64,000 bases of DNA from Nitrospirota bacterium (lineage in GTDB: Bacteria > Nitrospirota > UBA9217): contig CAWJQQ010000009.1 in the NCBI GenBank assembly GCA_963845065.1, forward strand, positions 1,216,001 through 1,280,000, read 5' to 3'. The position numbers and the translations under genes were made by a program. Below are positions 1 through 10,370 of the stretch, one piece after another. Under the pieces are notes generated by a model. It was not told the DNA's origin. It did no database searches and saw nothing but the letters and a program-made list of their open reading frames with translations. Each line of letters begins with the position of its first letter. Position 1 is the first letter of the stretch.

Positions 1-377
1 CTGAACTTCCCCACGAGGCCTGTGGAATCCTCGCAGGGAAGGACTACAAGGTGGAAAAAATTTACTTCATGAAGAATGCGAAGCCCGGACCGGCCTACTA
101 CGAAATGGAAGCAGAAGAGCAGTTCCGAGTGATGAAGGATGTTCGTGAGTCGGGCCGTGTGCTGGTCGGCATGTTCCATTCTCATCCCACCGGTCAGGCA
201 TACCCGTCGAGTATAGACGTTGAAAAGGCGTATTGGCCCGGGTCACAGTTGCCTAATTATCCCGATGCCATATATGTCATCGTTTCCCTCATGAACCGGG
301 CTCATCCAGTTGTCAGGGGGTTTTCGATCGAAGAAGGGATAGTAAGCGAAGTACTCTTATCCGTCATTGAACTGTAG
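1..377 (+). CDS. JAMM/MPN+ (M67, Mec-like) metalloprotease, 5' truncated by window
   Basis: Frame is open from base 3 (ELPHEACGILAG). Contains HSHPTGQAYPSSID, matching the JAMM HxHx7Sx2D motif. Lies next to a ubiquitin-like carrier. Confidence 0.9.
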   Translation, partial: ELPHEACGILAGKDYKVEKIYFMKNAKPGPAYYEMEAEEQFRVMKDVRESGRVLVGMFHSHPTGQAYPSSIDVEKAYWPGSQLPNYPDAIYVIVSLMNRAHPVVRGFSIEEGIVSEVLLSVIEL

Positions 378-541
378 AAAGCAGTTCCCATGCGACTGAA
401 GGCTGAATTATTTGGGGTATTGCCGAAGAAGAGAGAATATCGAAAATTGTCCGCAAATCATGAAAACGAACGTTCTCAGTGTAACCTGCAGAAACCATTG
501 TTGCATGAGGCGAGTGAATATTTAATCGGGAGGAGCGAAGC

Positions 542-820
542 ATGACGATCAAAGTAAGAATTCCGACGCCGTTGCAAAAATTATCAAACGGGAAAGCAGA
601 AGTCGAATGCAGAGCAAAGAACGTCACCGAACTTTTAGACGCTTTGGAAAAGGATTATCCTGGCATGAAAGAACGGTTGTCAGAAGGCGGAAAGATCAGG
701 CGATTCATTAATATTTACGTGAATGAAGAAGATATCCGCTTCATGAACAAGGAAGAAACTACACTCAAAGACGGAGACAATATCTCGATCGTGCCGGCCA
801 TTGCGGGCGGACGCGGTTAA
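542..820 (+). CDS. MoaD/ThiS/CysO-family ubiquitin-like sulfur carrier
   Basis: VRIPTPL...[13 protein letters not shown]...[14 protein letters not shown](RG). GGAGG RBS upstream. Confidence 0.92.
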   Translation: MTIKVRIPTPLQKLSNGKAEVECRAKNVTELLDALEKDYPGMKERLSEGGKIRRFINIYVNEEDIRFMNKEETTLKDGDNISIVPAIAGGRG

Positions 821-913
821 CCCGGTACTTCAAAGCACGAGTTGGAGATTCGGAGGCTGGTGTCTACGTTATTTCGCTGATATGGCGTTATCCTTCCTCA
901 CGACGGAGGCGAC

Positions 914-1156
914 ATGGCAACAATGAGGATTAAACTGACGTTTCCCCAAGACTTGATCAGGGAGCCTGTGATCTTCACGATGGCGAGGAAATTCGACGTC
1001 ATGCCGAATATCCGGCGAGCCAAAGTTACAGAAAACGTAGGCGAAGTCGTGCTGGAACTTGAAGGCACAGAAAAAAAACTCGAGGACAGTATCGCCTATC
1101 TCAAGGAGCGCGGAGTCAAAATTGAAGCAGTTGAGGGGGAAGGTGGTAGTTCGTAA
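914..1156 (+). CDS. NIL-domain protein
   Basis: IKLTFP..IREPVI....KFDVMPNIRRAKV...GEVVLELEG pattern. GGAGG RBS. Confidence 0.8.
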   Translation: MATMRIKLTFPQDLIREPVIFTMARKFDVMPNIRRAKVTENVGEVVLELEGTEKKLEDSIAYLKERGVKIEAVEGEGGSS

Positions 1157-1231
1157 GTGTTCAAATGACAAGGGATTGGGCAATTCACTATTTTGCTGTA
1201 GATCCCTGTCCTCTCATTCTCCTGTACATTT

Positions 1232-2455
1232 ATGAAATTCATTATATTACTTGGTGACGGAATGGCTGACAGGCCTCATGGGGAACTGGGTGGCAAAACA
1301 TGTCTGGAGTTCGCGAACACACCAAACCTGAACCAGCTTGCGACGAGCGGTCAGGTGGGAATGGTGTATACGATACCTCCGGGGTTTCCACCCGGCAGCG
1401 ACGTGGCCAACCTTTCTGTCATGGGATATGATCCCCGGAAGTACTATACCGGCCGTTCGCCTCTCGAGGCGGCCAGTATAGGCGTCGAATTGGGACCAAA
1501 TGATGTTGCGTTCCGCTGCAATCTCGTGACCCTCCGTATTACTAGCGGCAAGTCTTCAGGTTCGGGCCGGAGGGCAATCATGGAAGACTTCAGCGCAGGC
1601 CATATTTCGACACAGGAAGCCCGTTTGCTTATTGAGGAAATCGACAGCAAACTTGGCAATGACCGCATCCGTTTTTATCCCGGGGTGAGCTATCGCCATC
1701 TGATGGTCTGGAAAGGTGGGAAGGACAAGGTCGAGTGCACACCGCCTCATGACATTCAGGACAAGGACATCCAGGACTACCTCCCGCGCGGTGAGGGAGA
1801 CGATATTGTTAACACGCTTATGGCGGAATCGATCGACTTGCTCCTTGCTCATCCAGTTAATAAAGCGAGACTAGAGGGCGGCAAGCGCGCTGCGAACAGC
1901 ATCTGGCTCTGGGGCCAGGGCCGGCGTCCAAATATGCCAACCTTCAAGGAAAAGTATGGTATTGATGGAGCAATGATCTCCGCCGTAGATCTTACGAAGG
2001 GAATCGGCAAATATGCGGGGTTCGAAGTGATAAACGTGCCAGGGGCCACGGGCTGGCTGGACACGAATTACGTAGGCAAGGCCGAACACGCGCTCTGGGC
2101 ACTGAAAACAAAGGATATCGTTTATGTGCACGTTGAAGCCCCTGATGAAGCGGGCCACACGGGCGATCTGAAAAACAAAGTCAAGGCCATAGAGGATTTT
2201 GATGAATTTATCGTTGGAAACATCATCCACGGTATGAAACAGTTTGATGAATACCGCATACTGGCACTCCCGGATCATCCTACACCGGTTGCGCTTCGTA
2301 CCCATTCGAATGAACCGGTGCCATTTGTCATTTTTGATAATACGAAGGAACGCACTGGTGACGCGGTGACTTACGATGAGGGGATTGCTGCCAGAAAAGA
2401 TGCCTTGGTATTCAAAGAAGGATATACATTGATGGATTTTTTTTTGAAAAAGTAG
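1232..2455 (+). CDS. apgM: Cofactor-independent phosphoglycerate mutase, ApgM type (AlkP superfamily)
   Basis: GDGMAD, PGSDVANLS, HVEAPDEAGH and DHPTP metal-binding motifs. Confidence 0.88.
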   Translation: MKFIILLGDGMADRPHGELGGKTCLEFANTPNLNQLATSGQVGMVYTIPPGFPPGSDVANLSVMGYDPRKYYTGRSPLEAASIGVELGPNDVAFRCNLVTLRITSGKSSGSGRRAIMEDFSAGHISTQEARLLIEEIDSKLGNDRIRFYPGVSYRHLMVWKGGKDKVECTPPHDIQDKDIQDYLPRGEGDDIVNTLMAESIDLLLAHPVNKARLEGGKRAANSIWLWGQGRRPNMPTFKEKYGIDGAMISAVDLTKGIGKYAGFEVINVPGATGWLDTNYVGKAEHALWALKTKDIVYVHVEAPDEAGHTGDLKNKVKAIEDFDEFIVGNIIHGMKQFDEYRILALPDHPTPVALRTHSNEPVPFVIFDNTKERTGDAVTYDEGIAARKDALVFKEGYTLMDFFLKK

Positions 2456-2534
2456 CATGCTCGCCAGGAAGCACAAAAAGTGCACAGAAAACACGACAGT
2501 TCATCGTGTCATTGTGGTAAAGTGGGGGAATTAG

Positions 2535-3755
2535 GTGCTCATAGTCCAAAAATACGGCGGTACGTCTGTAGGAAGTCCTGAACGGATCAAGAACGTAGCG
2601 AAGCGTGTGTGCCGCGCAAGGGAAGAAGGACACGATGTCGTAGTTGTCGTATCGGCCATGAGCGGAGAAACGGACAAACTTATCGGCCTGGCAAATCAGG
2701 TTAGCGAAAATCCGGACCCCCGGGAAATGGACATGCTGGTGTCAACGGGAGAACGAGTGGCTATTGCATTGTTAGCTATGGCGATTCAGACTTGTGGACA
2801 CAAGGCGCAGTCGTTTACTGGCAGGCAGGCGGGAATCATTTCTGATAACGTGCATACCAAGGCGCGGATCGAAAAAATCACGGGCGATCGGTTGAGGCAA
2901 GCGCTACGGGAAGGGAAGGTCGCCGTGGTTGCCGGTTTCCAGGGAATAACCGAAACGTCGGACGATGTGACGACGCTGGGAAGGGGAGGATCGGACCTCT
3001 CGGCGGTAGCCGTTGCCGCCGCACTCAAGGCCGACGTGTGCGACATATATACCGATGTCGACGGCGTGTATACCACAGACCCGAATATGGTGCCGCATGC
3101 AAGGAAACTTGACAAAATTTCCTATGACGAGATGCTTGAACTGGCGAGTCTCGGGGCCAAAGTACTCCAGACGCGCTCCGTCGAGTTCGCAAAAAAATAT
3201 AGCGTTCCGGTAAGGGTGCTCTCGAGCTTCAACGACAACCCGGGGACCCTAGTGACCAGGGAGGATGCAGATATGGAAAAAGTTGTGGTATCCGGCGTGG
3301 CGTATGACAAGAATCAGGTGAAAGTGACTGTTCAGGGCGTGCCGGACCGACCGGGAGTTGCGGCGAAGATCTTCAATACTATTTCGGACAACAATGTTGT
3401 CGTGGACATGATTATCCAGAATATCGGCGAGGGTGGATTGACGGACATGTCCTTTACTGTGCCCAGGACAGATGCCAAGAAGATCCAGGAAATAATGAAG
3501 AAAGTCATTTCCGATATTGGGGCAAAGAGCGTGAGCATGAAGGAAGAAATTGCCAAGATATCCATCGTGGGCGTGGGCATGCGTTCGCATTCGGGCGTTG
3601 CGGCTAAAATGTTCTCAGCCCTTGCCAAAGAAGGGATCAATATCATGATGATTAGTACGTCGGAGATCAAAATATCCTGCGTGATCGATGCTAAGTACAC
3701 GGAACTTGCAGTCAGGGTATTGCATGATGCCTTTGAAATGGATAAAGCGGCATGA
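2535..3755 (+). CDS. lysC: Aspartate kinase
   Basis: [28 protein letters not shown] motifs and two ACT domains. Confidence 0.97.
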   Translation: MLIVQKYGGTSVGSPERIKNVAKRVCRAREEGHDVVVVVSAMSGETDKLIGLANQVSENPDPREMDMLVSTGERVAIALLAMAIQTCGHKAQSFTGRQAGIISDNVHTKARIEKITGDRLRQALREGKVAVVAGFQGITETSDDVTTLGRGGSDLSAVAVAAALKADVCDIYTDVDGVYTTDPNMVPHARKLDKISYDEMLELASLGAKVLQTRSVEFAKKYSVPVRVLSSFNDNPGTLVTREDADMEKVVVSGVAYDKNQVKVTVQGVPDRPGVAAKIFNTISDNNVVVDMIIQNIGEGGLTDMSFTVPRTDAKKIQEIMKKVISDIGAKSVSMKEEIAKISIVGVGMRSHSGVAAKMFSALAKEGINIMMISTSEIKISCVIDAKYTELAVRVLHDAFEMDKAA

Positions 3756-3784
3756 GGCGGCAGAGCCAAGGAAAATCCTATACC

Positions 3785-5404
3785 ATGAAACCGACTGTTT
3801 ACCTTTATGATACTACGCTACGCGACGGCGCCCAGGCCGAGGATGTGAATTTCTCTGTCGAGGACAAGATCCGCATTGCACGGAAGCTCGATCAATTTGG
3901 CGTCCACTATATCGAGGGCGGCTGGCCAGGCTCCAACCCGCGTGATATTGAATTTTTCAGAGAGATGCGTCGCGTGAAGCTCAAGAAATCAAAGCTTGTG
4001 GCCTTTGGTGCCACACGTCGATCAAAACTCAAGGTTTCTAATGATCCCAGTATAAAAGCATTAGTGTCGTCAGGTGCGGCAACGGCCACCATTTTCGGAA
4101 AGACGTGGGATCTTCACGTGCTGAAAGCGCTCAAGATTACCATGAATGAGAATCTCGACTTAATTGAGGACTCCGTATTCTATCTCAAGAAGCATCTGGA
4201 CGAGGTCATCTACGATGCTGAACATTTCTTCGATGGATATAAGGCTAATCCCGATTATGCAATTCAGACGCTTCTTGCCGCAGAAGGAGCTGGTGCGGAC
4301 TGTCTGGTTTTGTGCGATACGAACGGCGGCACACTGCCCCATGAAATCGAAGAGATCATTGCGCGCGTAAAGACGGCGATTGCGACGCCATTTGGTATCC
4401 ATGCCCATAACGACACTGAACTTGCCGTGGCTAACTCATTGGCGGCAATCAGGATGGGGGCTGTCCAGGTTCACGGTACTATTAACGGTTACGGTGAACG
4501 TTGCGGTAACGCCAACCTCTGTTCTCTGATTCCTACCCTCAAACTCAAACTGGGGATCGATTGTGTGACGGACACCAGTTTGGCCAGGCTTCGCGACATG
4601 TCCCGGTATGTAGATGAACTCGCTAACCTGCCGCACCGCAAGCGACAGCCCTATATTGGCGACAGTGCTTTTGCGCACAAAGGCGGTGTGCATGTGGATG
4701 CCATAGCGAAGAACTCCCTGACCTATGAGCATATCACACCGGAGCTTGTCGGGAATAGACGCCGTATTCTTGTCTCCGATATGGCGGGCAAGAGCAATAT
4801 CCTTCAGAAAGCAGAAGAGTTGGGCATCCCGCTCAGGAAGGACAGCCCTCAACTGGCTGAAATACTGAAGAAAGTTAAGGAACTTGAGAACGAAGGTTTT
4901 GAGTTCGAGGGTGCTGAAGGATCGCTTGAGCTCCTGATGCTTCGGGCAGGGCACAACTACGAGTCGGTCTTCACGATGTTCGACCGGATCGATTACCGCA
5001 TTTTGACGGAAAAACGAAAAGTCGATCCCAATCCGGTGAGCGAGGCGACGGTGACCGTGGAGGTCGGGGGTAATGTGGAGCATACGGCTGCATGGGGCAA
5101 TGGCCCGGTGAATGCGCTGGACAAGGCCCTACGCAAAGTTCTGCCCAAGTACTTTCCCGGCAGGGGGCTGGAAACCGTTCGGTTGCTTGACTATAAGGTT
5201 CGCGTGCTAACAGCAGCCGCAGGAACGGCGGCAAAAGTCCGCGTGCTGATCGAGTCCGGCGACGGCAAGAACAAGTGGGGTACCGTCGGCGTGTCCGAGA
5301 ATGTGATTGAGGCGAGTTGGCAGGGGCTGGTAGACAGCATTGAGTATAAATTGCTCCGAACGGCAAAAAAAAATACAAAGTACAGAGTACCTAGTTCAAA
5401 GTAA
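3785..5404 (+). CDS. cimA: Citramalate synthase (LeuA/CimA family)
   Basis: YDTTLRDGAQ, DAEHFFDGY, HAHND, GERCGNANL, AFAHKGGVH and a regulatory domain with GNGPVNALD. Confidence 0.92.
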   Translation: MKPTVYLYDTTLRDGAQAEDVNFSVEDKIRIARKLDQFGVHYIEGGWPGSNPRDIEFFREMRRVKLKKSKLVAFGATRRSKLKVSNDPSIKALVSSGAATATIFGKTWDLHVLKALKITMNENLDLIEDSVFYLKKHLDEVIYDAEHFFDGYKANPDYAIQTLLAAEGAGADCLVLCDTNGGTLPHEIEEIIARVKTAIATPFGIHAHNDTELAVANSLAAIRMGAVQVHGTINGYGERCGNANLCSLIPTLKLKLGIDCVTDTSLARLRDMSRYVDELANLPHRKRQPYIGDSAFAHKGGVHVDAIAKNSLTYEHITPELVGNRRRILVSDMAGKSNILQKAEELGIPLRKDSPQLAEILKKVKELENEGFEFEGAEGSLELLMLRAGHNYESVFTMFDRIDYRILTEKRKVDPNPVSEATVTVEVGGNVEHTAAWGNGPVNALDKALRKVLPKYFPGRGLETVRLLDYKVRVLTAAAGTAAKVRVLIESGDGKNKWGTVGVSENVIEASWQGLVDSIEYKLLRTAKKNTKYRVPSSK

Positions 5405-5450
5405 TAACCGGTAGCCGTCCTGAAGCGCGGGGCGTGAAGTGAGGCAGGGT

Positions 5451-5888
5451 ATGATCGAAGAAGAAGGAATTGTAGCCGAAGTAGAAGGAGACGTCGCGAA
5501 GGTATCGATAGTCAAAAAGAGCGGTTGTGAACAGTGTGCGGCTGCCGGTGTGTGCCATCCGGGTGAAGAGGAATATATGGAGGCGTTAAACCCGCTGAGC
5601 GCAAAAAAAGGGCAGAAGGTTAAGATCGTCGTGGCGCCTCAGGTCTACTTGAAAGCTTCTATCATCCTATTCGGCATTCCCATGGCTGCCCTCGTTGCGG
5701 GAGCCATTATTGCAAAAAATATTACGCTACGATATGCAGGGGAGCTTCATTCCGACCTCTGGGCGTTCATCGCAGGCATGATCTGCATGGTCGTTTCTTT
5801 TTTCTTTATACGCGTGTATAATAATAAAGTCGAAAAAACGCAGACGTACAAGCCAGTGATCGTCGAGATTCTTTCCCCGAAGGAATGA
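5451..5888 (+). CDS. RseC/MucC family membrane protein
   Basis: MIEEEGIV...CxxCxxxxxC...GQKV plus two TM helices. Confidence 0.85.
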   Translation: MIEEEGIVAEVEGDVAKVSIVKKSGCEQCAAAGVCHPGEEEYMEALNPLSAKKGQKVKIVVAPQVYLKASIILFGIPMAALVAGAIIAKNITLRYAGELHSDLWAFIAGMICMVVSFFFIRVYNNKVEKTQTYKPVIVEILSPKE

Positions 5889-5911
5889 GGATGCCGTGGT
5901 AGGGCTTTTCT

Positions 5912-6178
5912 ATGCGATTGATAAAGAATCCTGATGAAGCGAGAAGGCTCGCGAGGACTATTCTTTCCGACATTCTTCTCTATAACCAGGCCAAGGTCAA
6001 GGAGGGAATTGAGAAGGATAGTCTTTTCGACGTCTTGACTGAAGAACTTGCCGAAGGCAAGAAGTACTACGAAAATATGGTAGACGTGGAAATACGCCAA
6101 GCAACCAATTTTTTCAGCGAGGCAGTTGTGGATGTCCTGATCAAACAGGGCGGCAAGATCAAGTCTGAAATCTGGTAA
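5912..6178 (+). CDS. Small conserved hypothetical protein (ARRLARTILSDILLYN motif)
   Basis: Clean 88-aa ORF within the operon, with a helical, conserved-looking motif. Confidence 0.75.
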   Translation: MRLIKNPDEARRLARTILSDILLYNQAKVKEGIEKDSLFDVLTEELAEGKKYYENMVDVEIRQATNFFSEAVVDVLIKQGGKIKSEIW

Positions 6179-6252
6179 ATTTGCTTTACGAGAATGCAAT
6201 TGGGCATAAGAGCCACTTTGAACTATAATCTCATCACCGGAAGGAGTTGTCT

Positions 6253-8373
6253 ATGCCGAATGCTGATGTCAAAGAAGTCCGAAACATAGCGATCCTCTCA
6301 CATGGAGCAGCCGGGAAAACCTCACTCGCCGATGCTATTTTGTTTGCGGCCGGTTCCGTTGATCTCCTCGGTAGTGTCGATACGGGGAGTTCCGTGTTTA
6401 TGCATGAACCGGAGGAAATTTCCCGGAAGATCACCATCACTTCGGCCCTCGGCTTTGCCGATTGGCAGGGCGTCCGCATCAACCTGATCGATACACCCGG
6501 CTATATTAATTTTCTTGAGGAGACGAGGGGAACCCTACGCGCTGTCGACGGAGCCGTTCTCATCATTTCAGCCATCTCCGGCGTGAAGGCTGAGACCGAA
6601 AAAATTTATAAATACGCCTGCGACTATGAAGTGCCGCGTATTGCTTTCGTGAGCAAGCTCGACAAAGAACGGGCTGACTTCTTTCGCGCCATAGGCGATA
6701 TGGAAAAGTATTTCTGCAAGAACTCGCTGGTACTGCAGCTCCCTATTGGGTTGGAGGAAAATTTTAGCGGCGTCGTAGATCTCATTAAACTTAAAGCACT
6801 GATGTTCGCCAGGGATGGAAGCGGCAAGATCGAAGAAAAGGAAATTCCTGCAAACATGAAGGAGGAGGTCGCGACCTATCGAAAGAAGCTCGTGGAACAG
6901 ATCGCCGAAACGGAGGACAGCCTGCTCGAAAAGTATCTTGATAAAGGCGATCTCCCTTCGGAGGACTTAATCGCCGGGCTCAAGCACGGAACCCTTGGCG
7001 GGGGGCTTCTTCCGGTGCTGTGCGGTTCACCGGTCAAAAACATGGGGGTTCAGCTTCTCCTCGATATGATCCTGATGTGCCTTCCATCGCCGGCAGAGCA
7101 CGCGCGGATTGTGCAGATCAAGGGGGTTGATCCCAAATCAGGCAATGAAATTGTGCGGAAGCCGACAACGGACGAGCCGCTTACCGCCCTGGTTTTCAAA
7201 ACTATCAACGATCCTTTTGCAGGAAAATTATCCATGGTCCGCGTGTTTTCCGGTATACTCAAGGCGGATTCTACTGGCTACAATTCCACGAAACAAACTA
7301 AGGAAAAAATCGGATCCCTCTTTTATATACAGGGGAAGAAACAGGTCCCGACGCAGGCACTTTCCGCTGGCCAGATTGGTGCCGTCGCAAAGCTCAAAGA
7401 GACGCTCACCGGCGATACCTTGTGTTTAGAACAACAACCGATCGTCATGGAGTTTGCGAAGTTCGCCGACCCTGTTATGTCCTATGCAATTGCGCCAAAG
7501 ACACGGGGAGACGAGGACAAAGTGAGCACCGGTGTCCACAAACTTCTGGAGGAAGATCCAACATTAAAGTTCGCCTACGACGACCAGACCAAGGAGATGG
7601 TCCTTTCCGGTATGGGGCAGGTCCACCTCGAAGTGACACTTGAGAAGCTCAAGCGAAAGTTCGGTGCAGACGTTACCATGAAAACGCCAAAGGTGCCGTA
7701 CAAGGAAACGATCCGATCAAAGGCAAAAGCGCAAGGCAAGTATAAGAAACAGACAGGAGGACACGGACAATACGGAGATGCATGGCTCGAGATCGAGCCG
7801 CTAGCGCGCGGCAGCGGTTTTGAATTTGTTGATAACATCGTGGGTGGCGTGATTCCTCGCCAATATATTCCGGCTGTCGAAAAAGGCGTGGTCGAAGCCA
7901 TGCACGAAGGCACACTTGCCGGCTATCCCATAGTAGACATCCGGGTCTCATTGTATGATGGTTCCTACCATTCCGTGGATTCCTCGGAAATGGCATTTAA
8001 AGTCGCGGCATCCATGGCGTTCAAAAAGGCCGTGGCGGAAGCAAAACCGGCGCTGCTGGAGCCGATAATGAACGTTGAGGTCATGTCACCCGACGACACA
8101 CTCGGCGCCGTGATTGGTGATTTGAATTCGCGACGCGGCAAGGTCCAGGGAGTGGTCCCCCAGGCGAACGGTCAAACGATCAAAGCGCTGGTACCCATGT
8201 CCGAAATGCTTTCCTATGCCCCGACACTTAATTCGCTCACTAGTGGCAGAGGCATGTATACCATGGAATTCTACGGCTACGAGGACGTTCCGAGCCACCT
8301 GGTCCAAAAGATAACGCAGGAGCGGGCTGCTCAGCATCAACACCAAGGAAACCACAACCAAAAAGAGAAATAA
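6253..8373 (+). CDS. fusA: Elongation factor G paralog (EF-G2-like)
   Basis: Full EF-G architecture (DTPGY, GMGQVHLE, KKQTGGHGQYG, HSVDSSEMAF). G-domain motifs are divergent (SHGAAGKTS, RKITI, SKLD). Not in a str operon. Confidence 0.92.
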   Translation: MPNADVKEVRNIAILSHGAAGKTSLADAILFAAGSVDLLGSVDTGSSVFMHEPEEISRKITITSALGFADWQGVRINLIDTPGYINFLEETRGTLRAVDGAVLIISAISGVKAETEKIYKYACDYEVPRIAFVSKLDKERADFFRAIGDMEKYFCKNSLVLQLPIGLEENFSGVVDLIKLKALMFARDGSGKIEEKEIPANMKEEVATYRKKLVEQIAETEDSLLEKYLDKGDLPSEDLIAGLKHGTLGGGLLPVLCGSPVKNMGVQLLLDMILMCLPSPAEHARIVQIKGVDPKSGNEIVRKPTTDEPLTALVFKTINDPFAGKLSMVRVFSGILKADSTGYNSTKQTKEKIGSLFYIQGKKQVPTQALSAGQIGAVAKLKETLTGDTLCLEQQPIVMEFAKFADPVMSYAIAPKTRGDEDKVSTGVHKLLEEDPTLKFAYDDQTKEMVLSGMGQVHLEVTLEKLKRKFGADVTMKTPKVPYKETIRSKAKAQGKYKKQTGGHGQYGDAWLEIEPLARGSGFEFVDNIVGGVIPRQYIPAVEKGVVEAMHEGTLAGYPIVDIRVSLYDGSYHSVDSSEMAFKVAASMAFKKAVAEAKPALLEPIMNVEVMSPDDTLGAVIGDLNSRRGKVQGVVPQANGQTIKALVPMSEMLSYAPTLNSLTSGRGMYTMEFYGYEDVPSHLVQKITQERAAQHQHQGNHNQKEK

Positions 8374-8395
8374 TAAATTCTGATATAGTGTCATA

Positions 8396-8470
8396 CCTCG
8401 AAGGCACAAAGTCACGAAGATAGTTAAAAGGGATTAAAAAAAATCTTTGTGTCTAGGTGCCTTTGTGGTT
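8396..8470. repeat. Intergenic imperfect palindrome (aaggcacaaagtcacgaag...ctttgtgtc..gtgcctttgtgg)
   Basis: Inverted arrays of a short CACRAAG/CTTYGTG unit, REP-like. Confidence 0.45.
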
Positions 8471-8487
8471 AAAAGAAAGACGGTTCT

Positions 8488-9744
8488 ATGTACAGAAAAG
8501 ATACCCTTATGAACGGTATACGGGTCGTGTCTGAAACCCTTCCAAAATCACGTGCTGTATCAATCGGCGTCTGGGTGAAGGTCGGCTCACGGCATGAGCC
8601 TCCTGAGGTCGGTGGCGTGTCGCATTTCATCGAGCATATGTTCTTCAAGGGCACAGAGAAGCGCACTGCAAAGGACATTGCAATCGAGATGGATTCTCTG
8701 GGAGGAGAGTATAATGCCTTCACGTCGCAGGAAACGACTACCTACTACGCCAAGGTGGTGGACGAGCACCTGCCCGTGGCCATAGACATCCTCTCTGATA
8801 TTCTCTTGGGATCGAAGTTCGATCCCGCGGAAATGGAAAAAGAACGCAAAGTCATTCTTGAAGAGATCAAAGGTGTTGAAGATGCACCTGACGACTATGT
8901 GCACGAGCTCTTCACAAGTACGGTCTGGCCCGAAAATTCACTTGGCCGTCCTATCCTCGGCACCAGAGACACCATTAAGGAGATGAAACACCAGGACATC
9001 CTCTCCTATATTGACAATTATTACAGCCCGAAGGAGATTGTTATCTCCGTAGCCGGTAATTTCGACCATGCCCAATTAATAGATCTCCTGAATAGGCAAT
9101 TCGGGAAACTTGCAAGGGGCGGGGCTCCTAAAAAAGAGGAGACACCAACCTTCACCAGCGCTATATACGTGAAGAAGAAGCAACTCGAGCAGGTGCAGCT
9201 CTGCATGGGATGTAAAGGAATTTCGAATACTCATGATGATCGGTATGTGATCTCGGCACTCAATACCGTGCTTGGATACAGCATGAGTTCGAGGTTGTTC
9301 CAAGAAGTGCGCGAACAGTACGGGCTTGCCTATTCGATATACTCTTACGTTACTTCTTATCGCGATGCAGGCCTCTTTACCATCTATGCGGGAACGGGTC
9401 CTTCGAATGCGCTCGAAGTGGTCCGGCTTGTGATCAAGGAATTAAAAAAGATTAAGGTCGAGGGGATCACACCGGCTGAGGTATTACGCGTGAAAAACCA
9501 GGTCAAAGGAAACCTGATCCTATCGCTCGAGAGCAGTAACAGTCACATGAGCCGGATCGCGCGTCAGGAGATATATTTCGGAAAATATCTGTCCATGGAT
9601 GATATCATCAAGGGAGTGGAAAAGGTAAGCGGAGACCAGGTGCGGCAACTGGCACAGAAGTTGTTCGCGCAGGACAATATTGCCCTTACAATCCTCGGCC
9701 CGCTGTCCAGGGCCGATGTGCCAGATTCGGTTTTGGAAATTTAG
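8488..9744 (+). CDS. M16 family zinc peptidase (pitrilysin-like)
   Basis: HFIEH inverted zinc motif, NAFTS, SRLFQEVRE..GLAY. Confidence 0.95.
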   Translation: MYRKDTLMNGIRVVSETLPKSRAVSIGVWVKVGSRHEPPEVGGVSHFIEHMFFKGTEKRTAKDIAIEMDSLGGEYNAFTSQETTTYYAKVVDEHLPVAIDILSDILLGSKFDPAEMEKERKVILEEIKGVEDAPDDYVHELFTSTVWPENSLGRPILGTRDTIKEMKHQDILSYIDNYYSPKEIVISVAGNFDHAQLIDLLNRQFGKLARGGAPKKEETPTFTSAIYVKKKQLEQVQLCMGCKGISNTHDDRYVISALNTVLGYSMSSRLFQEVREQYGLAYSIYSYVTSYRDAGLFTIYAGTGPSNALEVVRLVIKELKKIKVEGITPAEVLRVKNQVKGNLILSLESSNSHMSRIARQEIYFGKYLSMDDIIKGVEKVSGDQVRQLAQKLFAQDNIALTILGPLSRADVPDSVLEI

Positions 9745-9845
9745 AAACGGTAAATGGTAGACAACATTTGGTAGGTTGCGATGATTAAAAAAATGAGTTT
9801 TTCTGAGTGTGCCGTATATTGTATTCTGTCCGCTGAATCGGTGCT

Positions 9846-10301
9846 ATGTCTGACCATCTTATAGTTCATATAACGAAACTTAAAAATGCAGATGGGATCC
9901 CACTGCCTCATTACCAGACCAAGCATGCCTCTGGAGTGGACCTTTACGCTGCTATCGAAGGTGATGTAATCATTGATGCTGGGAAGTGGTTACTCATCCC
10001 GACAGGGATTGCTCTAGCTATTCCCGAAGGCTATGAAGGGCAGGTCCGGCCTCGCAGCGGACTTGCGCTAAAACACGGTATCGGTATGCTGAACGGCCCA
10101 GGGACCATTGATGCGGATTACCGGGGTGAGGTCGGCATCATCCTGTTCAATTTCAGCGGCACGCCGTTCAGGGTTCGGCGCGGAGACCGCATCGCTCAGC
10201 TTGTGTTTGCAAAACTGTCGAAGGCAAGGTTTGAAAGTGTTTCGCAATTGACCGAAACCGCGCGGGGTGCCGGAGGATTCGGGCATACGGGAGTAAAGTG
10301 A
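9846..10301 (+). CDS. dut: dUTP diphosphatase
   Basis: RPRSGLA, GTIDADYRGE, GDRIAQL, RGAGGFGHTG. Confidence 0.97.
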   Translation: MSDHLIVHITKLKNADGIPLPHYQTKHASGVDLYAAIEGDVIIDAGKWLLIPTGIALAIPEGYEGQVRPRSGLALKHGIGMLNGPGTIDADYRGEVGIILFNFSGTPFRVRRGDRIAQLVFAKLSKARFESVSQLTETARGAGGFGHTGVK

Positions 10302-10370
10302 GGTTGGTTTAGATATTTCAATTCCTCGTAACGATAGAGATTTGAAGCGTTACGCGAGGAGATAGCAAGT

